A DNA stretch of 64,000 nt from Candidatus Latescibacterota bacterium. Lineage in GTDB: Bacteria > Latescibacterota > UBA2968 > SICM01. How positions within the stretch are numbered: the stretch's first letter is position 1; every line of letters begins with the position of its first letter. Positions 44,004-54,674 of this stretch are shown here, piece by piece. The stretch lies in the NCBI GenBank assembly GCA_965217865.1, contig CBDCJO010000002.1, forward strand, positions 128,001 through 192,000. Reading direction: 5' to 3'. The notes under the pieces are model-generated. The model did no database searches. It was not told where the DNA came from and worked only from the letters and a program-made list of their open reading frames with translations. The position numbers were made by a program, and so were the translations under genes.

Positions 44004-44537
44004 ATGCAAAAACCACCAATTACAGCTTTTACGACATCTTCGAATGAACATAAAAATGTCCTTATCAACGAGGTTCAAGTTGCCGCTGCTTATAAACCTT
44101 CAGTATATTATCCTTCGCCTATATTCAAGACATATAATGGGATTTGGGATACAGGGGCGACCCAAACTGCAATAACGAAGCGTGCGGTGAATGATTGCGC
44201 CCTCAAACCTATTAGCATGTGTCAGGTTAAAGGTGTTAATCAAACCAGATTGGCTAATGTATACTTAATAAATGCCAGATTACAGAACAAGGTGGAATTC
44301 GTCGAATTGCGAGCAATAGAAGTTGACGAATTATTGGGAAAAAATGTAGATCTGTTGATTGGAATGGATATAATCGGAGAGGGTGATTTTGCAGTTTCCA
44401 ATTATCAGGGGAAGACAACTTTCACATTTCAAATGCCATCACAAGCTAAAATAGATTTTGTCAAAAAAATTCATATGGACTCGATAACGAAAGGAAAAAG
44501 GCTTCGCAAAAAACGACCTAAATCACGAAAACGATAG
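44004..44537 (+). CDS. Retropepsin-like (clan AA) aspartyl protease
   Basis: IWDTGATQTAI and DLLIGMDII motifs; starts directly after the upstream stop. Confidence 0.85.
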   Translation: MQKPPITAFTTSSNEHKNVLINEVQVAAAYKPSVYYPSPIFKTYNGIWDTGATQTAITKRAVNDCALKPISMCQVKGVNQTRLANVYLINARLQNKVEFVELRAIEVDELLGKNVDLLIGMDIIGEGDFAVSNYQGKTTFTFQMPSQAKIDFVKKIHMDSITKGKRLRKKRPKSRKR

Positions 44538-44544
44538 TCTTGTT

Positions 44545-46856
44545 CTACGCGAAGCACCCCTTGAGGAAGGACCCGAACACGTTCTCATTCTTCCGGTTGT
44601 TGTATTTGTAGCAGGCCTCGGCCACGTAGAGCGGCATGTAGTGTTTGTTGTAATGGTGATGGGAACCGTACCAGGCTCTCTTGAGCAGAGACCAGAAGCC
44701 TTCGATGGTGTTGGTATGGGTGGAACCGTCCGCGTGGCTCACGCTGTGGTTGATGACGGAATGAGGCATGAACCTTCGAACGATGTCATAGGCTTGATAT
44801 TCGTCTGAAATGAGGATCGAATCATGGGGGTTGACCGTTCTGGTGAGGAAGTCGATGATGCTTCGTCCGGTGGGTGTCTTCGGCGACGCAGGCCGTGACG
44901 TTCCCGGATCGCTCCACCGCTCCCAGGACCGGAGTCTTTTTCGTCCCGCGGCCTCTTTTTTTTTTGGTTATCGTCATCCTTGCGGTTCCTGCGTCTTCGG
45001 GGTCGTCCTCCGACGTAGGTTTCGTCCGCTTCGATGATGCCCTTGAGCAGAGGAAGCTGTCCAGAGGCCATAGCCGCTCTGGTGCGCTGTTGCATGTACC
45101 AGGCCGTAGGGTTGGTCATGTCCAGGTCACGAGCCAATTGGCAACTGGACAGGCTCTTCTTGGCATTCAGAATAAAAGATATAGCCACAAACCATTTTTG
45201 AAGCGGCATATGCGTTCGGTCAAGTCTTAAGCGTCCTGCAAAATGCAAGCCTTCAACTGGAGGTCCAGTGAGGTTCACGCAACGGCTACCATTTCAGCCG
45301 GTGGTGCGATCTGTCGTTCCTCATAGAGCAGCTGGAGCTGGAGCAGTTCGGTGGCCGTGATGTTGATATTCTGCCACCTGGCAGCGGCACGGATGAGAAC
45401 AGCATAGACGAGCTTCAGGCAACTCTTTTCGGAGAAGAATCGCGGCAATGTTTTGGTTCGGCGGCGTTCCTCGACAAAGCTGCGTTCGATCAGGTTGGTA
45501 GTGCGGGCGAACTTCCGGAGTCGCCAGGGAAGCTGGAGGTGTGCGAGGAGAGCTTCGAGGTCCTCCGTGAGACACTTGCACAGACCGGGGAACTCCTTGC
45601 TGAACTTCTCCAGAAACTCTCGCACCGCACTTTGGCCGGCCTGAAGATCCGGGGCGTCACGAATCATCACCAGATACGGCTTGATCTCATGCCAGCGCGC
45701 ATCGGGCACCTTGGCTGCAAAGTTGCGCATCCGATGCACCCAGCAGCGTCCGCGCAGACTCTTCGGCCACATCTGGTCGATGGTCTGGATAAGCCCATCG
45801 GCTCCGTCGGTCGTGACGAACAGGGGTGCCGGTAAACCACGCCGGTCGAGATCCCGGACGAACTCGAGCCATGCCTCGCCGCTTTCTTTGCTGCCCAGAC
45901 CCAGGGAGATCAGAACTTTCCGGCCGTCCAGTGTGATGCCCCAGGCGCACAGCACGGCCTCCCGGGTGATGCCGTGGGTACGAAGCGGCTCGTACAGGCC
46001 GTCCAGGAACAGGAACAGGAGAGGAAAGTCGCTGAGATCGCGTTCCTGGAAGGCCTGGTATTGTTCCCAAAGGACTTCGGTGACTTCGCTGACCTTGCTG
46101 CGGCTAAGCAGGCAACGCCCCTGCTCATCAGTGAAGGCGTCCTCGATGTCCCGGGTAGACAGTCCACGCGCGTACATCTCGGTTGCCAGGCGCTGCACCA
46201 TCCCTGAGTCGCCGCGCAGAAGATCGTAAAGGCTGCACCGGTAGGGCTCCTCTGGATCCCTGACCTGAGGAATCGCGACCTCGAGGCGGCCTTCGGCAGT
46301 ATCCAGATAGCCCGGCTCATAGCCGCTACGGTAGCCTCGACGACCTTCACCGCGTTTATACCGATCGACACCCAGGTGGTCCCGCTGATGCGCCTCAAAA
46401 CCCTCCTGGCAGATCAGCCGGGTGGACAACTGAACTAGCTGAGTCAACGCCTCCTGGGCGCTCTCGACATCCTGGAGTCCTTCGATGAACTCCTTCAATT
46501 CCTTGCGCAATCTATCACTCGGAGCTATCTTCTTCATACGGCGTGACTCCTTCCTTTTGCCCACTCGGGGCGTCGAGGTTTTTGGGGACCTCTGGAAGAT
46601 AGCTCACGCCGCTTCTTTTTGCAGGAAATCTAAGACATTACCTGCGTTCCTTGAAAAATGGTCTTGGACAGCACATTGAAGCTGGCTTTACATACGTGAC
46701 AATTCCAACGTCCGATTCTTTTTTTTCCGACTTTTTAGCCACATCCGTAAATCCGCAGAGCGGGCAGTAAGGCTCGTTTCCAAACCTGATCCTTTCAAGG
46801 TGGTCTATGCATGATTGTTGGTCTGGAAAACGGTTGAGTATATCAGATAAATTCTA
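44545..46856 (-). pseudogene. IS1595-family transposase split by IS256 and frameshifted
   Basis: 5' part NLSDILNRFPDQQSC...CPLCG...RWNCHVCKASFNVLSKTIFQGTH (46856-46643) continues as MPLQKWF...EADETYVGG...HTNTIEGFWSLLKR (45217-44545). Confidence 0.88.
45218..46642 (-). mobile_element. Complete IS256-family element (transposase 45275-46564)
   Basis: MYARGLSTRD, LFLDG, TTDGADGL, RCWVH, RTTNLIER; IRs GGTCAAGTCTTAAGCGTCCTGCAAAA / GGTAATGTCTTAGATTTCCTGCAAAA; TGCGTTC duplicated at 45211-45217 and 46643-46649. Confidence 0.95.
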
Positions 46857-46978
46857 TGGTGAACCCTCCTTACCTACAATAATCGTCCACAGGGCATCGG
46901 ATTCTCTCCGTGTGCGACTTTATTCAGGAATCCGGGCAAATTTTAATGCGGAACCTTCAGAAAGCGACCGTGGGGGGG

Positions 46979-47017
46979 ACAGTGGAGTTGCAACAGTGGA
47001 GTTGCAACAGTGGAGTG
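46979..47017. repeat. 14-bp tandem repeat ACAGTGGAGTTGCA, about 2.7 copies
   Basis: Directly visible in the sequence. Confidence 0.85.
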
Positions 47018-47268
47018 CGAAAGTCACACGAATGGGGGGAGTTCAGGGAGTTCCTTCAAGGTGTTGTCTAATGCGGGGAGTTCCTTCAGGGTGTCGCATC
47101 AGGTCGAACGGGGGGGAAGTCCTTCCAGAGATCATCGAGCATCTTCGCCCTATCTGCTTCGAGTTCCTTCAGGGCCTTCAGGTCGAACGTGGGGAGGGGG
47201 AAGTCCTTCAGGTCATCGAGCATCTTCGCCCTCACGAGGCTTGAGTTTCGGCTTCCTTCGGCGAACCC

Positions 47269-47676
47269 TCATTTCCGGTCTCCTTTAGGTTGTGATCGAA
47301 CATCCTCGCGTGCCCGAGCTTTGGCTTCCTCGCGAGTCATTCCGCCCTCATATTCCATGATCGCCTCGCGTTCACCCAACGCCTCTTGATCTTCATCTCC
47401 CTTAAGGGGGGGTATCGTATCCGTTACAACGTTACAATCGTTATTTTTTTTGGAGTTAGGCGCAATCGTATCCGTTACAACGCAATCCTCTTGTAACGGA
47501 TAGAAAGTCTCCAAGTTACTGTTTTTATTCATTTGTAACGTTGTGTCGGATACGATACCCCCCTCTGAAGGATAGGACTTCCAAGCCCGTTCCAGTTCCT
47601 CTCGCTTGTACCCTCTCGCGGGATCTCCGACGTCGGGGCGGATCGTGCCCGGATAAACCTTGAACGGCTTGAGCAT
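47269..47676 (-). pseudogene. C-terminus of a phage-satellite/plasmid primase-associated protein (DUF3631-like) containing ori-like inverted repeats
   Basis: LKPFKVYPGTIR...RGYKREELERAWKSY, repeated VVTD motifs, ERxAIMEYEGGMTREEA tail. Confidence 0.6.
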
Positions 47677-47974
47677 GTCGGACAGGCCGCCTCAAACAAT
47701 AAAACCGGAAAATGGCTTTCCTCGAAAGGAGTTACTCGCGTGTGGTTATGGGGCCGCGTTCGGCACTATTGGAAGTGAAGTCTATGAACAGTACCGTCTT
47801 ATCGATGCTGTCTATTCCCTCTTCAATTACACAGCTCGGCTTCAGAATCCCGAGAATGCGCTACAGGCCTTAATTTCATGACTTTTCCGAACTCAAGAAG
47901 CTGGGTCCGAGTAAGTAACTCCTTACCATGAGGTGAAAATGGCTAACCAAGATCAGGATCGGAAGCCGGGAGGG

Positions 47975-48774
47975 CGCATGAACGAGACGCTGGAGGCGAT
48001 GGCCCGGGTGCTGTTCAAGTCCTGGTTCGTCGATTTCGACCCGGTCCGCGCCAAGATGGAAGGCCGCGACCCCGGCCTGCCCCAAGACCTTGCCGATCTG
48101 TTTCCCGACAGGCTCGTGGACTCGGAATTGGGGCAGATCCCGGAGGGGTGGGGGGCGGGCTGCCTCGCCGATATCGCCATCGCCCCACGGCGGGGAGTCG
48201 ATCCTGCGAACCTGCGCAACGAAATGCCCTATATCGGCCTGGAGCACATGCCCCGCCGCTCAATCGCTCTCACAGAATGGGAAGGTGCCGGGAAGGTTAC
48301 GGGCAGCAAGTCCATCTTTAATAAAGGCTTCTGTACGGCAAGCTCAGACCATACTTCCACAAGGCCGGTATCGCGCCGATGAACGGCATCTGCTCCACCG
48401 ACATCGTTGTTGTGGTACCCAAACTCATTGAGTGGTCCGCATTCGTGTTGGCCTGCATCTCCTCGGTCGAGTTCGTCACCTACACGGATCAGACCTCAAC
48501 CGGTACGAAAATGCCGCGAACGAGTTGGAAAACCATGAGCCTCTACCCACTGTGCCTTCCTGCCAAGTCCGTTGCACGGGCTTTCCAGAATGACGCGCGA
48601 CCGATTATAGGCCGTATTGTCGCCAATATTCACGAGAGCCGTACTCTCGTCGCTCTACGCGACACGCTGTTGCCGAAGCTGGTGTCGGGAGAACTACGGT
48701 TGGCGAACGTTGATATTGTCAGGGGTCGACGTCAGACACCCGCGGCGAGAGCAACCCAGCAGGTATCACCATGA
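47975..48774 (+). pseudogene. hsdS: Type I R-M HsdS C-terminal half, frameshifted
   Basis: [20 protein letters not shown]...IPEGW...LRDTLLPKLVSGELR. Confidence 0.85.
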
Positions 48775-48971
48775 ACAATAAACCAAAAACTGCGAACGTT
48801 GAAGAAATCACCAAGACATTTAGAGACCTGGGGCTGGATGACCCGGAACTGCGACGTCGCCTCAAAGAGTTCTCTGAACCGAGCAAATGGGCCGCACGAG
48901 TGAATAGGCGCTACTACGCTCTTAGTACTCGAAACAACACCGCGCAAGATGTGGAGGAACGCAATGCCTAA
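48771..48971 (+). CDS. Small hypothetical protein coupled to the SDH protease
   Basis: ATGA overlap with hsdS; overlaps the start of the next gene. Confidence 0.5.
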   Translation: MNNKPKTANVEEITKTFRDLGLDDPELRRRLKEFSEPSKWAARVNRRYYALSTRNNTAQDVEERNA

Positions 48972-49923
48972 CTGGAATCAGCTGCTGGACGAATTTCGTG
49001 CCGGGAGTATATATGATGTGATTCGGCGCCGATATCTCACCAAGATCGGCAAAACAACTGGTCGCAACGTGATCCTCTACTATTCAGGTTGGCTCCAGAA
49101 AGGGAATGTTCCGGGCGTCGAAATAAACGACGACGACAAGAACGGGTTCATGACTGTCATTCACGAATTGGACAGGAAGCTCGGCCTCGACCTTGTCCTG
49201 CACACGCCCGGCGGCGATTCAGCAGCCACGGAATCCGTCGTAGACTATCTGCGTTCAATGTTCAGCACTGATATTCGAGCGATCATTCCCCAGCTCGCCA
49301 TGTCCGGAGGCACCATGATTGCGTGTGCCTGCAAGGAGATACTAATGGGCAAGCAGTCGAGCCTCGGACCAATAGATCCTCAATTCCGAGGTATTCCGGC
49401 CCACGGATTGGTGGAGGAGTTTAACCGCGCAAAGAAGGAAGTCAACGAAGACAATTCCACGATTCCAATATGGCAACCTATTATCGCGAAGTACAATCCG
49501 ACCTTAATTGGAGAGTGCGAGAAGGCAATCGCATGGTCCAACGAAATGACAGATGAGTGGCTCCGCTCCGGCATGTTCGCGCAAGATGCGAGCCCCGACC
49601 CAAAAATTCCGAAGATACTTGAGGAACTGGGAGATCACGCACTTACGAAATCGCATGCTCGGCATTTGTCCATAGAACGGTGCCGGGACATGGGCCTGAA
49701 AGTCATTGCACTCGAGGATGATCAAGATCTGCAGGACTCTGTGTTGTCATTGCATCATGCCTGTATGCTCACCTTTACGGCAACTCCGGCATTTAAAGTT
49801 ATCGAAAACCAGCGAGGCATTGCGTTCATCAAGATCGCACAGCCAGTTGTGATTTCCGGGCAGCCGATGGCGAACCCGGAAGTGGATAAATTACCAGTGA
49901 AACAACCGGAAGATTCTCGATGA
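48964..49923 (+). CDS. SDH-family Clp-fold serine protease
   Basis: LDLVLHTPGG, AMSGGTMIA, SSLGPIDPQ, SHAR. Confidence 0.88.
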   Translation: MPNWNQLLDEFRAGSIYDVIRRRYLTKIGKTTGRNVILYYSGWLQKGNVPGVEINDDDKNGFMTVIHELDRKLGLDLVLHTPGGDSAATESVVDYLRSMFSTDIRAIIPQLAMSGGTMIACACKEILMGKQSSLGPIDPQFRGIPAHGLVEEFNRAKKEVNEDNSTIPIWQPIIAKYNPTLIGECEKAIAWSNEMTDEWLRSGMFAQDASPDPKIPKILEELGDHALTKSHARHLSIERCRDMGLKVIALEDDQDLQDSVLSLHHACMLTFTATPAFKVIENQRGIAFIKIAQPVVISGQPMANPEVDKLPVKQPEDSR

Positions 49924-50099
49924 CTTCACACGCGTGGCGTGGAACTGGGAGGCGATCATTGTAACCCGCCAAGTCTGGGTCAAGATGACACTCAGCGGCT
50001 TCGGTGTGAGGTCTGTGGAAAAGCACTCGAAGTTCGGTAGTGGGTGGGCAACTTCCTACTGCGGAAGTGTAACCTCGGGTAGACGATGTTTGAAGATAG

Positions 50100-50440
50100 A
50101 CGCGCCAGCATGTCTGGTTCGAACGGCGCCCCGGGGTCGGTCTTGGTCTTCTCGATCAGATTGTCAAGCGGGTCCGGCTCGGGTTCGCCGGCGCGCTGCT
50201 CGATGTAGTCCGCAACGTCAACGCCTTCCTCGATGGCGTCGGCAACGTCCCATCCGTCTTTGCGGTCGGGCTCGGGCTTGACGATCTGCACGGCTTCCGC
50301 CTTGGCTTTCGATGCGGTCCCCGTAAGATTGGCCATCGCCTTGCGGCCAGGATCGTCCGCATCCGGCCACAAGATCACGTGACGGCCTTCGAGGCAATGC
50401 CAATCGGTTTTATGGACGGCTCCCGTTCCGCCCATCCAGG
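50100..50440 (-). pseudogene. Toprim primase fragment (phage satellite/plasmid type)
   Basis: WMGG..AVHKTDW..LEGRHVILWPDADDPG...DGWDVADA. Confidence 0.75.
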
Positions 50441-50711
50441 AGAGCACGTCCGAGCGCCGGATGCGGGCAAACCGCATGTCCGGTTCGACGAGCGTGACGG
50501 GCAACGAGGCTGAGGGGTCCAGTTCTTGACCAACTTCGACGGAATCAGCGCAAAGATCAGGCGGGCGGACGATCACAGGGGACGCGGCAACACAAAACGG
50601 GCGGCACGGCACAGACGGCAAACTGGGCGAAGTGAGAGAAGTAAAGGTGGACTATCGCTATGAGAAGGAACTCGTTGCGCCGGATGGCTTCCGAGCCGAA
50701 CGCGCACATGT

Positions 50712-50870
50712 CCCCCCCCTCAACCCGTGGCACCGTGGCAAGTGTTGAAAAACAAGAAGTTGTGAGTGTTTCAACTCGTGGCATGGATGGTACGGTGCCA
50801 CGGGTTAAAGATCGCGCAATCCCTCGTAAACAAAAGGATGCCACGGTGCCACGGGTTGAACCCCCCCCCC
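50712..50870. repeat. Nested inverted repeats (iteron/ori-like)
   Basis: TCAACCCGTGGCACCGTGGCA (50720-50740) is the exact reverse complement of 50839-50859; inner degenerate pair at about 50772 and 50792. Confidence 0.85.
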
Positions 50871-50944
50871 AAGAGCGACTCCTGCGTAAAGAACACTTGT
50901 GACGAAGACCAAAAGGCGTTAGCTCGGGTTCGCGAGATACTCGG

Positions 50945-51728
50945 CTAGCGGAGATCTAAAACCCGAGACAACCACGAATCGCACCCCCCCACGGGTGCGA
51001 TTTTTGTGTTCAGTCGAAGGCAGTTACGACCGGTGAAGGTCCCGGGCCAAAATCCTGCCTCGAGGTCCAGACTGCAAATTCCCCCCAGTTGGGGAAATTC
51101 GAATCCCAAAAACGGCTCCTAAGGCCCGATCGCCCGAAGGCGCACCCCAAACCCTACCCCCGGAGTCGGAGATGATTACACCGTGCCCATTCCTGTCGGT
51201 GTGTGCGCCTTCCAGAGCGAAGGCCGAGGGGATCCCGGCGCCGTTGACCAGGCGGACGGCTTCGGCCAGGCTGTTCCACTTTCTCATGTGTTCCATTTTC
51301 TCGGCCTTCGCCCTCCATTCCAGGCTGTACCGGTCCTTCATATGGTTTCCGCCTCGACGGTGCGGGCGTAATTACGATATATCCTTTCAATACGGCATGT
51401 TACGTCTGACGAACAGAGAATGGTTCCGGGGAAAGGATCATATGGGGAGCCATATTCCCATCCGCCAACTTAGGCGGTCGTCCGTTAACGCAAGACCCCG
51501 TGGGGCAACCTTTCGGGGTCTTGTCGCTTCTGCCGTATTCACAAACGCTTGTGCCACCTCTCCCCCTCTCTACCGGTTCTCTGTTTCGAAGCGTTTCCCC
51601 CGGTGTTCGAGCGCAACCGTGGGGGTTGCGTCCGCTGAGCAGAGATATCTCTTCCGGATTCTCCGATTCTCTGTTTTTCCCGTCGGCCTTGTTTAACAGC
51701 CCGGTTGCGTCCTTTCGACGTTTCGGAA
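50945..51728. repeat. Dispersed repeat, copy 2
   Basis: Near-identical to 4972-5767. Confidence 0.95.
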
Positions 51729-52473
51729 GGTTCCTCCGGCAAGTATTCACCGGAAGCCGGACCGGCAGGTCCGGTCACCAGCTTACGAGCAGATCACCGG
51801 ACAGCAGAGGCGGCCGTGCGCCCGGAGTCCGAAACCGTAGCTGGCGCAGCCCCCAGTCCCAGCCCGAGCGACGCCTTCTCCGGCGATTTTAGCAAGGCTT
51901 ATCAAAGGCGCGCACGGTTCCCCCAAGGCGTGCGGGGAGATCCGTAAGGCCCGGTTCGTGGCCGCCTCTACGAGGGCTCTCCAGCATGGAATCCACACCT
52001 GGCGATCATGTTCAGGGACGAGCGGCCGGGGAAACGATAGGAGGGGAACGCGATGCCGCAGAACCCAACGCTGGAGGAGCGGCGTCTGCTGACGTTGCGC
52101 CTGCGCATCGCGGGCTGGAGCTATCGCGAGATCGCGACACGGGTCGGAGTGTCCCCGACGCAGGTCTTCCATCTCAGCAAGGAGAAACCATGAGTAAAGA
52201 CAAACTAGTACCAACCTGCGAAAATTCGCGTAATCTGATTGCCTAGCAAAAACAGGATGTTAAAGGCGGATTTGCACGCATAAACTTGTGCAGCTAAGTA
52301 CTAGAAGACGCCGCAAAGAAAAGGTTGAGAGAAGAAACTGAGCCGGTCGAGCGCAGCGATGCGCCGGGGAAGAAACCGGAGAAGCCGGAGAATCCAGGGG
52401 GATTCAGGGACCTGTTCGAGGATATGTGGGGTCACTTCGAGAACCCCCAGGATTCAAAAAAAAGGAAAATGCG

Positions 52474-52953
52474 ATGAGTTCGGTAGTTTGGGACAGAGAC
52501 AACCTGATCCAAAAAGTCGGAGGCAACGTCGAAGAACTGGGGCATGTGAAGTACGACCAGCACTCGAACGGGTACGTCCTTTGGCTTAAGGACACACGCG
52601 ACGTGTTCGGCACCAACAAAGGGTACATACGAGGCGACTCCTTCCCGTCGATGAAGGATGCCAAGCAGCACGCCGCTCTCTCCAAGTCCGCTTGGCTTTT
52701 GCACTACATGTGGATGGTCGGCCTGCGCGACGACGGAAATAAAACCGGCAAAGACGTTACCCAGGGCATAGAAGATTCCGAAAGCGGTAAGCCGCTGACG
52801 GTGTCAACGTTCAAGGAAGAAATGGACAAGCTCACGGACAATCTAGATAGGGCGGAGAAAGAAGCAAGCGAGAAAGAAAGAAAATCCGTAAAGCGAGATA
52901 TTTGCTTTTTCGTCGCCGGACTTGGCATCGGATTGGTCGGAATTTTTGTATAA
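52474..52953 (+). CDS. Hypothetical protein with a C-terminal membrane anchor
   Basis: Intact ORF after an AAGGA RBS; ends ICFFVAGLGIGLVGIFV. Confidence 0.55.
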   Translation: MSSVVWDRDNLIQKVGGNVEELGHVKYDQHSNGYVLWLKDTRDVFGTNKGYIRGDSFPSMKDAKQHAALSKSAWLLHYMWMVGLRDDGNKTGKDVTQGIEDSESGKPLTVSTFKEEMDKLTDNLDRAEKEASEKERKSVKRDICFFVAGLGIGLVGIFV

Positions 52954-53319
52954 TTTCCGTCCAAAGGTATTGCCAATCGAATCTCTCCTGCAATACCGTT
53001 TCGCAACGTCCAAGCTTTTGAAAACCCGTCTCGGGTCGGATCGTAGTTACAGGCGCATGATGGAAGTTCAGGCCCGGCAACTGTGACGCTGTCGGAAGCT
53101 GCGGCGAAGGAACCGACGCGTGAGGAGATTGCCCCGGAGTTGCCCCCCAATGTATGAAGTGGGCGAAAAGGAACCGCACAGGCTGTACGGCTGGTCCGTC
53201 TTGACCGCCGACCTGCTCGACAAGGCCCTTCATCTCACGAATGAGCGCAGCTGCTTCCCGCCGCTCTGCTTTGCCTGGGGTTGTTCCTCCAATTTCGATT
53301 GAATCCTTCCCCCACCGAG

Positions 53320-53602
53320 CTTGGGCGATCTCGATGGCTTCGGTCTGGTGCCGGTATAACACGAGGCGCCGGAAGATCTTTCCGCATTCCGGGTCGAGAG
53401 TGCCGTGTGACACAAGTTCGTCGACGGACCCACCCGGTACGAAGTTCGGGTTCAACTGGATGAGCGGGACGGGCCAGAAACGGCCACCGGCGTAAGCCTC
53501 GTCGACGGCTTGGTCGATGTCTGCCGCGCGGATGTTGGTGAAGCTTCGAGAAAAGCGTTCGTATTCTGAAATGAGTTCCTCACGGAAAGCGAAGACGTCC
53601 AT
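53320..53602 (-). pseudogene. N-terminal stub of a large DEAD/DEAH defence helicase (DUF1998-associated type)
   Basis: MDVFAFREELISEY...FWP.PLIQLNPNF...LYRHQTEAI. Confidence 0.7.
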
Positions 53603-53649
53603 CAGGCACCCTCCCCTCGCTCGAAGCGCTCAAGCACCTCAACCAGGTC

Positions 53650-54119
53650 AGTCAACGGCACCGCCATCTCGAACTATTGTACCGGTCCTCCGAAGCAGCC
53701 GCGGCAGCGTATCACTTGGAGAATACCTGCAGCTCCTGAAGGAGAAACTCGACCTGGAAAGAAAGGGAAAGGCTCTCGCGTCTTTCCTAGGTGTTGAATC
53801 TGATTTGATTCCAAAGTTAGAGACAAATACGGTCTCAATAGTGTCAATACCATTGCGTGAATTATATTCCATGGGTCGTAGCATAGGACTGAATACTGGC
53901 ACCTACCTTGAACTTCTTAGGAAGTCACATAGGCTTCACAACATCGGACCTAGATATAAAGGAGCTGCCAGGTATGATTCTAGGGAGGGAACCAAAGGGA
54001 AGGAGCAATCAATGAAAATCGCCTATGAGGAGCTGCTTCTCAAAGGTAAAGCAGAAGAAAGAGATAATGATCTGGAATCGCATCTGCACGCTCTGAGAGA
54101 GATGTTGGAAAAGAGCTAA
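53650..54119 (+). CDS. HTH-like protein, 5' end uncertain or truncated, coupled to ImmA
   Basis: SLGEYLQLLKEK...LASFLGVESDLIPKLE Xre-like helix pattern; TAATG overlap with the next gene. Confidence 0.45.
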
Positions 54120-54610
54120 TGGAAGAACTCCCAAGGAAAAGAACAGGCTACTGCAGGATGGCAGCGCGGAGTCTGCTTTCGAGATACAGCAAAGGAGCAG
54201 GTGATATCAGACCGCCAATTCCTGTCTGTGATATAGCTAAGTTTAATGGCTATAAGGTGGTGCTCCTTGAAACACTGACGGACAAACACTCGGCCATTGT
54301 GGACTTGCATGAGAAACTTATTGGAGTGAATAAGAAGCATCACTCACACAGGAGAAGGTTCTCCATAGGCCACGAACTCGGCCACATCTATCTTGAACAT
54401 CCTTCGGAAGACGAGCAATCTGAAGAGGAAGTGAAGTATTTTAACCTCGAAGCGAACGAATTCGCCGGTGAGCTACTTGTACCTCTACATTATCTGAAAC
54501 TCGAATTAAAGCAATGCAAGAATATGGATCAGCTTGCGAATCATTTCAACGTGAGTCCCGAAGTGGTATTCAGGAGGATCTCTTCCCAAGGGCTGTTGTC
54601 ATACATATAG
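54119..54610 (+). CDS. ImmA/IrrE-family zinc metallopeptidase
   Basis: RRRFSIGHELGH, EANEFAGELLVP, LANHFNVS. Confidence 0.92.
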   Translation: MEELPRKRTGYCRMAARSLLSRYSKGAGDIRPPIPVCDIAKFNGYKVVLLETLTDKHSAIVDLHEKLIGVNKKHHSHRRRFSIGHELGHIYLEHPSEDEQSEEEVKYFNLEANEFAGELLVPLHYLKLELKQCKNMDQLANHFNVSPEVVFRRISSQGLLSYI

Positions 54611-54639
54611 TCTTGTAAATTAGTTAGTTAATGGGATAA

Positions 54640-54674
54640 GGCCGCGTTCTCTCGGGAGCGCGGCCGTTCCTTTT
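54640..54674 (+). terminator. Intrinsic terminator after immA
   Basis: GGCCGCGTTCT-ctcg-GGAGCGCGGCC followed by GTTCCTTTT. Confidence 0.6.

Noticed and set aside
46960-47270. Second, degenerate CRISPR array
   Set aside because: No constant period and no unique spacers of uniform length
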